From an uncultured Methanoregulaceae archaeon (lineage in GTDB: Archaea; Halobacteriota; Methanomicrobia; Methanomicrobiales; Methanospirillaceae): a DNA stretch of 64,000 bases. Position 1 is the stretch's first letter; each line of letters opens with the position of its first letter. Both the position numbers and the translations under genes were made by a program. The notes beneath the pieces are model-generated. The model ran no database searches. It saw only the letters and a program-made list of their open reading frames with translations, and was not told the DNA's origin. Location of the stretch: positions 32,001-96,000 of the forward strand of contig CAVTTL010000001.1 in the NCBI GenBank assembly GCA_963737635.1, in the 5' to 3' direction. Below, one piece after another: positions 30,435 to 40,363 of the stretch.

Positions 30435-31481
30435 ATGTCCATACAAACCAGCCACAACCCGTCCGGGTTCTGTATATTGATCCTGCTGCTTATCATATCA
30501 GGTGCAGCAGTACTGTTGATATCTCCCGTATCAGCAGATCCACCATTTGTAACTATTGTCGCGAGAGGGGGTCAGTCTTTTTATCTCGGGGAAGAAGTAG
30601 TTTTTTCCGGTGTGAATAACGATTCAAATTCCACGTACCTCTTTATAACCGGACCCAACCTTCCGGATAATGGAGGAAAACTAACATCACCATCTCAAAA
30701 AGCGGTCAGCGGAGATCCTGGCTCATTCACTGTCGTAAAAACAAATCCGGATAATACGTGGGACTATCCCTGGTACACATCCGGTCTCAGGCTGGATGCC
30801 GGATCGTATACCCTTTATGCGGTGAGCGAGCCAAAAACAGAAGACCAGTTGGCAGGGGCACCATATGGTACGACCAGCATAATAATCAAAGCACCCTACA
30901 TAACCGCAAATATCTCTTCTTTGCATGTTGTAAAGGGGCAGCCATTTACGGTCACCGGCATTGCGGAAGGAAATCCCCCGGCAATCCAGATATGGATTTT
31001 CGGAGATAACTACGCGTTTAATACCACAACCCCGGTAAATCCTGATGCATCATTTACTTTTACTGGCGATACGCAACTATCAGGAAAACTTCCCGAAGGG
31101 CAAAATTATCTCATCGTGCAGCACCCGATGGCAGATAACCAGTTCGACATCGTTGTCAGCGGTGATTATGTCCGCGACCTGAAACTGAACAACGGTACGA
31201 ACCTCTTCAAGCTCACCGGCCCGGGAAGCCTGCAGGGCAGCGATGCAGCAGACGCACTCACCACCGCGTTTCATGACCGCATGGCCAATGATGACACCTT
31301 AACCAATGACACGTTTACCATAGTCCCGTTCCATGTCGCTGATGTAGGAAGTCCGATGCCCCAGGCAACAGCTGCTACAACCGCTCCGGTCCAGGGAACA
31401 ACCCAGCACGCCCCGCTCCAGTACGCCCTGCTCGGGGCAATCGTCGTGGCAGCGGGAATTGTAATCTGGAAGAGGCATTAA
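30435..31481 (+). CDS. Secreted S-layer/DUF3821-related surface protein with C-terminal TM anchor
   Basis: Signal peptide; YLGEEVVFSG.N, YLFITGPNL, LDAGSYTLYAV and IVQHPM motifs; APL + TM helix + KRH tail. Confidence 0.75.
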   Translation: MSIQTSHNPSGFCILILLLIISGAAVLLISPVSADPPFVTIVARGGQSFYLGEEVVFSGVNNDSNSTYLFITGPNLPDNGGKLTSPSQKAVSGDPGSFTVVKTNPDNTWDYPWYTSGLRLDAGSYTLYAVSEPKTEDQLAGAPYGTTSIIIKAPYITANISSLHVVKGQPFTVTGIAEGNPPAIQIWIFGDNYAFNTTTPVNPDASFTFTGDTQLSGKLPEGQNYLIVQHPMADNQFDIVVSGDYVRDLKLNNGTNLFKLTGPGSLQGSDAADALTTAFHDRMANDDTLTNDTFTIVPFHVADVGSPMPQATAATTAPVQGTTQHAPLQYALLGAIVVAAGIVIWKRH

Positions 31482-31495
31482 GATCATTTTTGAAC

Positions 31496-31520
31496 GGATG
31501 ACGCTGTCATCCTTTTTTTT
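31496..31520 (+). terminator. Hairpin plus T8 terminator
   Basis: GGATGAC-GCT-GTCATCC followed by TTTTTTTT just after the stop at 31481. Confidence 0.7.
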
Positions 31521-31703
31521 ATACATGTCACGCAGGCCGCGGACCTGCCGGTATCCGAAAAAACGATACGATGACATCAGTTCATAGGCTGAAGCATTCG
31601 CTCTTTAATGTTATATTATAAGATGACCGATTCGGTTTTCCTTTTATTTACATAAAAACGACGTTAGTACTCAAAAAATGTGATCAGTTTCCTTTAATTC
31701 CTA

Positions 31704-32640
31704 TTAAAGGAACGAGGCATGCCAGACGACAGACTCCAGTTTGTGCATCGATGCCAACAACACCCCCCTCATCAAATCCGTTTTTGTCTGTTCGGGTTAA
31801 GGAAAAATTCCATGTCAGATACTGTTTATCACGAGAAATTAATCCACCGGACATCAATTCGCTCTGCTGAACATCTGAAATTCCTGTACTTTCAAAGTAC
31901 AACACAGCGGACATCCTTGCCAGGTCTTCTGGTATGGTTGCTGTTACGTTCGGAAGGGTTTCAGAGGGTTCATACTGCTCATAATATTGCGTTACATGCC
32001 CGGTATAAGGGCTGATTTCGATAGTAACTGAATTCAAACCGGGTATTTCTGCCTGCGGAACCGTTTCGTTATCGGGATTGTAGAAAACTTCCTGCCATGT
32101 ATATACAAAAACCTCATCGTCTCCTCGGGTATCTGTTTTTTGTATTTGCTTTATTCCCCGTTCCTCGGTCACATTCCATAGTTCCGGATATTTCTCTTTT
32201 GCATAAGGTTCCGCGATTTTTAATCCCTGATCGAGATCGATTATCTCTTTCTGGTTCTGGTATCCACCCTCATACCGTAAAGCAGCCTGAACCCTTCCGG
32301 TGAGATCGTTTACCCAAAATGAGGAATTCCCGGATTTAAACTCATAAACATCGGCGAACGATTCATTAATAACGCTTGTGAATGTCAGGTTTTGATCAGT
32401 AATATTTGTAAATTTTCGGATTATCTCTTCGGATTTTGTAATGATTGGATAATCGAGATTATTTCCCTGAACAGAAGGAACTGTGGTAGAGACGATGGGT
32501 GGAATTGAGGATAATGTTACAACCGTGGTATTCGTTTGATTTTCATTAATAATTTGATGATCGCCCATACACCCGGTAATAAAAACGAATAAAATGCCTA
32601 TTAGTAATACCAAAAAAAATTGTTTTCGAATCAGAAACAT
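31704..32640 (-). CDS. Lipoprotein with PepSY-like repeats, paralog of the C-terminal part of the upstream 906-aa protein (frameshift at ~31733)
   Basis: ITGC lipobox-like motif; WVN..TGRVQ, IAE.YAKEKYPELWNV, PYTG.V.QY and GIDAQTG shared with the neighbour; the corrected frame ends VVWHASFL*. Confidence 0.7.
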
Positions 32641-32653
32641 TTTTTTATCATCT

Positions 32654-35374
32654 TTATGTGATCGATGCGTGCCATACTACCTCTCCATTATGAGCGTCGA
32701 TACCCACAAATCCGCTTTTATCTAAGTTAGATGCATCTTTTTGGTCTAATTCAAAAGACCACGTCAGATGCTGTTGGTTATTCTCATCAACTGCTATATT
32801 CAAGCCAGGAGATGAAATATTATCTGGATTGATATTCTCAAATCCTGCTACCTGGAAGTACGATTCAGCATAACGCATCGCATCATCTTCTGTCAATGAA
32901 GGGGTTAAATTTAGAGTGGCGTCATTTGGAACATACCATTCATGATATTGGATAACCTCGCCTGTGTAGGGATTGACCGTTATAGTCACTAAATTCGGTC
33001 CAGGAATTACTGTATTTTCCGAAGAATTTAATCCGGGAGGATAGAAGATTTCCTGCCATGAATATTCGAAAGTTTGGCCCGATTCGAGATCGTTTGTCCT
33101 TTTTACAATCTGTTTGATCCCTTTTCCGTCGCTCACATTCCATAATTCCGGATATTTCTCTTTTGCATAGGACTCTGCAATTCTCGATCCCTCATCAAGA
33201 TCGATAATTCGGGTCGTTGTTTCCGATCCGTTCCTCGAAACGGTCATTGATTGCACTCTTCCATTGTTTGCATTCACCCAATAGGTGGAATCGTCGGTTT
33301 TGACTTGGTATAAATCGGCATAAGGCTGATGAATTATATCCTGATATTCAATATTATTAACGGGTTTTTCTGCGAATGTTGATACGGAATTAATAATCTG
33401 ATTTTTTCTGTCACTTGATAATGAGGACATTGTTTGTGTCGTTGTATTAACATTATTTGCACTAACCATCTGACTCGCTAGTCCGTTTGGAAGAGGTTGT
33501 GAACACCCATCATTATTTTCTGCATAATGCACTTTTGTCAGGTTACATGCGGCATCCCATACGCCAGGCCATGTCTTATATACCTCTTGGCAATCCAGAT
33601 TAGATTCTGCAGCGCCTACCCCCTCATCATATGCATTTAAGATGGGATCTCCATCCTGAACCCTATTCCAAAATGTAGCGCTCCAGTCATTAACGCCACC
33701 CCAATCTAAAAGATTCTCTGTCCAGCCAATCGCACATGAACCACCTTTTGATGCGATTATATCGACGATATTACCATAAGTGGGACTTGTCCCTCCCGCC
33801 TTGCATGCCAATAATACCGCTAGGTTCATGTTGCTATAGGAAGCGCTGGCTTCATCGAAACTATTCGCATTATTTGTCCCATAAAAGAGGGTCGCATCGG
33901 GAAAAGCTAAGGTATCATTAAGTTGAATTTCTCCTTCAAGTCCATGGCCAAAGAAAAAGAATATTTGATCATTTGGAAGTCTCGGTATTATATCCGATTG
34001 TTTTGCAGGATAAAATATTGTAGGTTGGTAATTCATAAGTTGTTGTTGACTGGCAGCAGTAGCAACATCGGATTGATAGATAGATCGACCTGGAATATCG
34101 GTTGCCTGATTCGACGGTGCAGGTGTCGAAGTAGGGGTAGGGGTCAAAGTCGGTGTTTCAGTTGGGGTCGAGGTCGGCGTTCCAGGTGGCATCACGGTCA
34201 CATACCCAGTTTCCACCGCAATATTGCTTCCACCAGCATTTAATGCCATAAGACTCACCGTGTACGTTCCGGTCGAGTTATAGGTATAAGTCGGATTCTG
34301 TGCGCTTGATGTTCCACCATCGCCAAATAACCAGCTCCATGACGTTGGTGATCCTGTCGACGTGTCAGTGAATGATACAGTCAGTGGCGCGGTACCGGAG
34401 GTGGGAGTGCCGGTGAAACTGGCCACAGGTGCTGGTGGAAATGCCCGAATATAATTAGTCTGGGTCGATGAGTAGGACCCATAGGCGGTTGTGATAGTCA
34501 AAGAAACGGTAAAGTTCCCGGGAGTGGAATAGGTATACGAGGGATTTTGCAGCGTACTCCCTCCGGAACCGTCCCCGAAATTCCACTGCCAAGACACCGG
34601 CGGAGCTCCCATAGACGCATCGGTGAACTGGACAGCTAACGGGACTGTCCCGCTTGTCGGAGAACCGGTAAATGAGGCTGTAGTCGGAACCCATTGAATG
34701 GTACCGATAGGCAGTGTGAACATCGCATTCGTCCAGAATACGGCCTGATAATACAGGAAATTCGGATTATGTTCTGTATAGTAGGGTAAATATGCGTAAC
34801 CGTTTTGGTCTGTGTAACCGTCACCTATTACTTCCCATGTACTGCCGTCTACAGACTTCTGGAACTGGTAATAAACGCCCGGGATCCCTTGCCCGGTATA
34901 ATAGTTGTATATCTGGCTGGTAATCGAGATGGGTTCGTCGCAATAAAAATAATAGTCCGCCTCTTCCTCTTGTTGGTTGGCTATTGCTTTCATTGCTTGG
35001 ACCTGACTCTTTGCTGGAGTCACGTTCCCTTTTGCCACGACAGACACCTTTGACCGGATCTGCGCCGCCGCCACTTGGGTGGTTGGTACTTTCGTCGCCT
35101 GCGCAGCAGGGGTTGAATTACCGGATACACTCACAGACATCTGCGACTGATTCTGCTGATCTGCCAGTGCAATCACCGGGATGAGCAAGCCTGCAAAGAG
35201 AATTATCAAAAGAAATACTGTGACATTCTTCTGAATCCTTGGAAACGCTCCAGAGCCTATGCTTTTTCCTCGGTCGAATTTGTTCTTGGCAGATAACCGG
35301 CATTTTCCTCGCACTTCTACATCATCATTTTTTTCCAATCTCCGTCTGGGAGAAACCTGGATCTTTGGAACCAT
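32654..35374 (-). CDS. Secreted multidomain protein: 2x PKD, caspase/C25-like peptidase domain, PepSY-like C-terminus
   Basis: Two PKD repeats (WNFGDG, WLFGDGG..S.AQNP.Y.Y), TP linker, FFFFGHG and AVLLAC dyad motifs. Confidence 0.7.
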   Translation of the reverse strand: MVPKIQVSPRRRLEKNDDVEVRGKCRLSAKNKFDRGKSIGSGAFPRIQKNVTVFLLIILFAGLLIPVIALADQQNQSQMSVSVSGNSTPAAQATKVPTTQVAAAQIRSKVSVVAKGNVTPAKSQVQAMKAIANQQEEEADYYFYCDEPISITSQIYNYYTGQGIPGVYYQFQKSVDGSTWEVIGDGYTDQNGYAYLPYYTEHNPNFLYYQAVFWTNAMFTLPIGTIQWVPTTASFTGSPTSGTVPLAVQFTDASMGAPPVSWQWNFGDGSGGSTLQNPSYTYSTPGNFTVSLTITTAYGSYSSTQTNYIRAFPPAPVASFTGTPTSGTAPLTVSFTDTSTGSPTSWSWLFGDGGTSSAQNPTYTYNSTGTYTVSLMALNAGGSNIAVETGYVTVMPPGTPTSTPTETPTLTPTPTSTPAPSNQATDIPGRSIYQSDVATAASQQQLMNYQPTIFYPAKQSDIIPRLPNDQIFFFFGHGLEGEIQLNDTLAFPDATLFYGTNNANSFDEASASYSNMNLAVLLACKAGGTSPTYGNIVDIIASKGGSCAIGWTENLLDWGGVNDWSATFWNRVQDGDPILNAYDEGVGAAESNLDCQEVYKTWPGVWDAACNLTKVHYAENNDGCSQPLPNGLASQMVSANNVNTTTQTMSSLSSDRKNQIINSVSTFAEKPVNNIEYQDIIHQPYADLYQVKTDDSTYWVNANNGRVQSMTVSRNGSETTTRIIDLDEGSRIAESYAKEKYPELWNVSDGKGIKQIVKRTNDLESGQTFEYSWQEIFYPPGLNSSENTVIPGPNLVTITVNPYTGEVIQYHEWYVPNDATLNLTPSLTEDDAMRYAESYFQVAGFENINPDNISSPGLNIAVDENNQQHLTWSFELDQKDASNLDKSGFVGIDAHNGEVVWHASIT

Positions 35375-35648
35375 GCGGAGCTCTATAGTTATTCAAATAT
35401 ATAAAGTACAACGATTTAAAAATATATATTCAAATTGAGTATGAACAAAAAAATTACTTGGATCGCAGTCTTTTCATACGAAAGGATTTAACTAGAATTT
35501 TGTTTTCGAGGAAACGTGGTTTCCCTTGCTTTTTTGTTGGGCTCTGTGATTCTGGTGCCCTGCCGTGACTCTTTGAAAGGTTCTGATAGGTTAACGGGAC
35601 TTCGTTGGAAAAAAACGGATAAATGATGAGTTTTCACGACGTAATAAA

Positions 35649-37361
35649 CTATAGAAAATCCTTCAAGTCCCGAGAATCTATCGGCACCGAACGTCCCATC
35701 CGTTTCCGGCCGGTAATATCGCGGACAAACGCGAAGCTGTATTCATTGTTTTCCTTTCGGACATACGATGACATAATCTCCACATCAATGATCGTGCCAT
35801 CCTTCCGTCGGTGCCGGGATGTAATGAAACGCTTTTTCATTTCTCTTAAGTCAGCAACGGATCGCTCCCAGATTTCAGGAGTATAATCCGGGTCCAGATT
35901 GAAGATCTTCATGCCATGAAGTTCTTCCCTGGAATAGCGAGTCGTACGGCAAGCCGCTTCGTTCACATACAGGATAGTGCCTTCGAAATCCAACCAGAAA
36001 ACTTCATCATAGGCCTGGTCGACGGAGGTTTTGAGGAGTAAGAGCTGGTCTTCCAGCTGTTTGTGTTCGGTGATATCGCGGGCGCAGCCCTCACCACCGA
36101 TAATTACACCGGTGTCGTTGCGTAAGGGAACAGCATTCGTGCTATGCCAGCACCAGGACCCGTTGGCATGTCGGACACGATATTCTACACCAGTCTTTCC
36201 CTGTCCCGTAGTGATCACCGATCGAAGGACGCCCATGCACAGAGGAATATCGTCAGGATGGACGAATTGTTTGAATGATTTCCCCAGTACCTGACTTGCC
36301 GGGTGGCCAAGAAGGATAGTCCACGCGGGTGAAACGAACGTAAACACTCCTTCTGTATTGAGGGTATAAATGATATCGTGGGTATTCTCAACTAACAGAC
36401 GAAACTTTTCTTCACTTTCCCGTAACAATTCCAATGCCTGCTTCCGTTCAGTGATGTCCGTGATCATGCCAAATGATCCTTGGAACGAACCGGCCTCGCC
36501 AGGGATGGGCGAACCTGAGATCAGGCACCAGATGGCTCTTCCGTCCCGGTGCCTGAGTCTGCATTCATAGCAGCTTTTAATCCCTTTCATTCGGGCGATA
36601 AATTGGGCCTCGAAAACAGCATGGTCATCGCTGATGACCACATCCAGAACATTCCGTCCGACCATTCCCTCACGGGTATACCCGAGCATATCAGCAAAAC
36701 GCTGGTTAGTAAAGAGGGTATCGAGGTTCCGGTCCAGGATCCATACGCCTTCATTCGCAGTCTCAACGATGAGGCGGTATTTCTCCTCGCTCATCTGTAT
36801 CCGCTTCTCGTCCTCTTTTTGCCGGGTAATGTCTTCAAGGACAACGGATACCCCTTTCTTCCCGTTGTCAAACACGGTTGGAGCGATCCGGCAGGTAAAC
36901 GTGGTCCCCCGCGATCTGATGGAGAGTTCCCCCCTCCACTCGACTCCCTTAACACCTCTTTTTACCTGTTCCAGGAAGGATCCAAAAAGGTCATCGAGAA
37001 CCGGCTCCACCACGGAGTATTGAATATTTTTTCCAATAAGATCTTCCGGGGTGGTACCCAGAAATCCGACGAAGGGCTCATTGGCGTATATAATCCTGAG
37101 ATGGCTATCCAACTGCATAATAAGTTCCGAAGAGATCGAGAGGAGAGAGGAAACGGGGACCCGATGCGAGAGGGTATAGATCTTGGCCATGCCAAAAAGG
37201 CGCATATCCACCTGTCCGGACGCGAGAAGGGTTTCAAGATACCTCCCCGCAGTACTCCGGCTGATCTTCACTTCCTCGACTATTCCGGTGATGTTGAGAC
37301 CCTGCGGATTCTTCTGTAAAACGTCTTTGATCTTCGCAGTAACCTTCTGGCTCAAAACCAT
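35649..37361 (-). CDS. Winged-HTH plus four PAS domains (one-component sensor)
   Basis: N-terminal HTH (ISRSTAGRYLETL..SG.V); four PAS/PAC units ending in DIT; no kinase domain. Confidence 0.85.
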   Translation of the reverse strand: MVLSQKVTAKIKDVLQKNPQGLNITGIVEEVKISRSTAGRYLETLLASGQVDMRLFGMAKIYTLSHRVPVSSLLSISSELIMQLDSHLRIIYANEPFVGFLGTTPEDLIGKNIQYSVVEPVLDDLFGSFLEQVKRGVKGVEWRGELSIRSRGTTFTCRIAPTVFDNGKKGVSVVLEDITRQKEDEKRIQMSEEKYRLIVETANEGVWILDRNLDTLFTNQRFADMLGYTREGMVGRNVLDVVISDDHAVFEAQFIARMKGIKSCYECRLRHRDGRAIWCLISGSPIPGEAGSFQGSFGMITDITERKQALELLRESEEKFRLLVENTHDIIYTLNTEGVFTFVSPAWTILLGHPASQVLGKSFKQFVHPDDIPLCMGVLRSVITTGQGKTGVEYRVRHANGSWCWHSTNAVPLRNDTGVIIGGEGCARDITEHKQLEDQLLLLKTSVDQAYDEVFWLDFEGTILYVNEAACRTTRYSREELHGMKIFNLDPDYTPEIWERSVADLREMKKRFITSRHRRKDGTIIDVEIMSSYVRKENNEYSFAFVRDITGRKRMGRSVPIDSRDLKDFL

Positions 37362-37705
37362 AAACTGACTAATATTAGCATAGGAAGATATAATGATTCA
37401 GCTCCGCACCTGATATCTTCAATGGCATGAGAGGGCAGAATCTCTGAAGGGGGTTTCAAATAATGCCGTTTTATAAAACGAAATAAAGCACCCTATTCAA
37501 GCGATGCGGGAATTCGTTAGGATTCTCTTTTTAGGAGGTGGAAAACCAGAAAGTAGGAAAAGAACGGGATCATCCGCGGTACCTGGTATCTCCCGTTTGA
37601 GTGCATACCCGACCGCTTTCCAAGCTAACGTTTATTGAATCGTGAATCTATTCATAGTTTGATCGCAGTTTAAACACATCTTCATACCAAAAGATTCTGA
37701 ATTAC

Positions 37706-39126
37706 ATGACTCGGTATTCACCCTTTTTATCGTATTTTCTGTTCCTGTTCCTTGCATCAGTTGTACTATGGTGCCATCCGGTTTCTGCGGTCGAATTACC
37801 GGTCGCAGATTTTTCAATCACACCGGTATCAGGCACCGTACCACTGGATGTAACGATGACCGATATATCAAAAGGACCCCATGCAGCGTGGTTCTGGACG
37901 TTTGGCGACGGCGCATTTTCCTCCAGCCAAGAACCGGGACATACCTATACAGAACCTGGTTCCTATACCGTTAGTCTGTTCATTACCGATAATCAGGGAC
38001 ATACCAGTGTCAAAAAAAGATATGTTACGGTCGGATCCTGGTGGTGGACACATCTGGGGAGCGTAGTATCGAACCTCTTTCTCAAACCCGCCCCACCTCT
38101 GGCACCTGTTGAACCAGCTGATAACGGGCTTTTTCACGGCCATTTTGAAGATCTGCCATCTATAAATGAGATGCCGGTCTCCCCGCTCATGCAACGTTTC
38201 CTCACTGACGGATATACGGTCACCTTTAAACAATCAGGACTGCCAACGGGTTTGAACTGGTCGGTTGTCCTTGTTAACAACAACGGAACCCGGCTGGAGA
38301 GAACGTCATCTGCACCTGAAATCCGTTTTTCAGATATTCATGGATCGTATACCTATGCAATACCGCTGGTGAAATTTGGGAAAAGACAGGTAAATATTTC
38401 TGCAATACCGTCTTCGGGCCCGGTTGACAGAGATAGTATTGATATTCAATTCTCTCATTTCGAGCCTTCCTGGGCGGGATATATAATGGCAGCAAATGTG
38501 ACCGATCCCGGCCGGTTGTGACATCGGTAGCAGGATCATGGATTGTTCCGGAACTTTCGGGTACTACTGCAGATATGACGTCGGCATTTCAATGGATAGG
38601 AATCGGGGGATTTTTTCCGGGAGATGCCAGTAACCTGATCCAGACAGGAACTGCATCCAGTCTCGGCGGAATGTATCCTATGCAATATAATTATGGCTGG
38701 ATCGAACTTCTCCCGGGTCGTTCCGAACCGATCCCACCGGATTTCGTTATTTTTCCGGGTGATACCATGCAGGCAAAGATACAGACAGAAAAGCCGGGGA
38801 GATGGAATATAACCCTGAGAGACCTCACGCAAAACTGGCAATACGAGAGAACCTTTCTTTACCATTCCTCTATGGATAGCGCAGAATGGGTACTGGAAAA
38901 CCCCTCTTATGCAGGAGAAACGTATGATCTTGCCACGTTCGGGGTTGCGAATTTCGGAACACCATCGTCAGATGATGATAATGCGACCATTGATGCAGTG
39001 ACCGGCCCACTGGGTACATTCCCTGGTTTCTCAATAACGATGGTATACAACAATACTTCACGGGCAATGCCATCACCATTATCGTCTGAAGGCAATTTCA
39101 CTATCAAGGGATATAGTGCGAATTAA
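37706..39126 (+). CDS. Secreted PKD + peptidase G1 (eqolisin/glutamic peptidase) protein (frameshift at ~38510)
   Basis: Signal peptide, PKD (WTFGDG), YTVTFKQSGLP.G..WSV repeat, then WAGY, V.GSWIVP, WIGIGG, LIQTGT, W.E and SAEWVLENP G1 motifs. Confidence 0.8.
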
Positions 39127-39319
39127 TGGTTAAAGGGTTCTGGTGCATCTTCGAGACTCGTTACCTACCGGGCCCGCTTCGATATCGACAACGTCATTTT
39201 CTTTGCGTCACGACACCGCACCGGAACCTAAGGAAAATATCGTACGAAAGAAGGTCACCCGGGGGAATGTTCCTGCACCGGTTCCGGATGTAGTGCGGCA
39301 GACAATTCTTTCAGTGCCC

Positions 39320-39409
39320 CCGGGGGTTCATGTACCGGGCAATCCGGGTGAGATCCCCCTTTCCTGCCGCATCCCAACCCTCGTACAGGATGATGAGCGG
39401 GATCTTGCG
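39320..39409 (-). pseudogene. Short ppk2 remnant (duplicate of 40874-40966)
   Basis: Encodes RKIPLIILYEGWDAAGKG...TRIARYMNPRG, with a small deletion and scattered substitutions relative to ppk2. Confidence 0.8.
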
Positions 39410-39549
39410 TCGATCCGCTGGGTATTACATTGCCTCTGGTGACAGCGGTGTCATCGCGGGCGGCCGCCCGAATAACCGCGATGCTTACGAGACCCAGAAA
39501 AGTAAATGTGTATGTTGTTGCCGGTTTCACCTGCGAACGGGAAAAAGGA

Positions 39550-40185
39550 TTAATCGATCTCGGCCTGTTCAGGGTAATACATTAAATCGGCATTTGGCTG
39601 CTCGTTCATATTGGCACCGATCAGATCAGTCTCATAAGAGCTCACAATCTGAGCCGGCACCGTTATCCCCGGGAATCGTGGATCTTGGTGAGCCGGCACC
39701 AATGTGTACTGCCGGATGATTTGCGCCCCGGTCTGTCCGGTGGGGAGTATCTTAATTAAGTATGTCATATTCCCAACCGGAGTCCATGTGCCCGTCTCTT
39801 CAGAATAAGGATATGTGGTGTCTATCACGATATTGCTTGACATCTGTTTCGTGGTGCCCTCCCGGTAATCCACGGATCCATCCGGATAGAACTTGAACTC
39901 ATACCCGGTCGATTGTGCTGCCGTTGGATCGCCGTACTGCCAGATCCACCGGTGAAGGATCGGATCTGTTGGTGGGGCAGTTGTAACCACAGTTGTGACC
40001 GCAGTTGTTGAGAGGGTCGGGACAGGGGTCACCTGCGAGGTCGGTACTATTGTGACTGCGGTAGTGACCAGGGCTGGAGTGGTCACCGTGGTGATCGTTG
40101 CCGGATTACTGGAAGTGCTGGTGCACCCGGTGACTAACACTGTAACGATACATGCCACTATCAGGAAAAAGAAAGACTTCCGCAT
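39550..40185 (-). CDS. Putative lipoprotein with Thr-rich linker
   Basis: MRKSFFFLIVACIVTVLVTGC lipobox-like motif, Thr/Val/Pro-rich stretch, small beta-rich domain. Confidence 0.7.
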   Translation of the reverse strand: MRKSFFFLIVACIVTVLVTGCTSTSSNPATITTVTTPALVTTAVTIVPTSQVTPVPTLSTTAVTTVVTTAPPTDPILHRWIWQYGDPTAAQSTGYEFKFYPDGSVDYREGTTKQMSSNIVIDTTYPYSEETGTWTPVGNMTYLIKILPTGQTGAQIIRQYTLVPAHQDPRFPGITVPAQIVSSYETDLIGANMNEQPNADLMYYPEQAEID

Positions 40186-40363
40186 ATCCCTCCGATTATG
40201 TTCTGACACGATAATTATTTCTCTTAACTCTTGGGGCCACCCGGAAACAATGAACGTGAAAAGAGAGGGGCGACAAGGGAGGTCTGTGAAGCATCTCATC
40301 TACCTTTCTGGGAAATGTTTTTCGATGCTGATCGTTTGGCATCAGCTTTCCACGGTATTCTCC

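Noticed and set aside
31525-31580. Hammerhead ribozyme
   Set aside because: The conserved CUGANGA and GAAA core is not correctly placed on either strand.
35510-35524. GGAA...TTCC as a third NrpR site
   Set aside because: The spacer is 7 nt rather than 6, and it is not next to nitrogen genes.
26973-40000. Integrative element or provirus inserted at tRNA-Leu
   Set aside because: Accessory genes follow the tRNA, but I found no integrase, no duplicated tRNA 3' end and no viral or conjugation genes.
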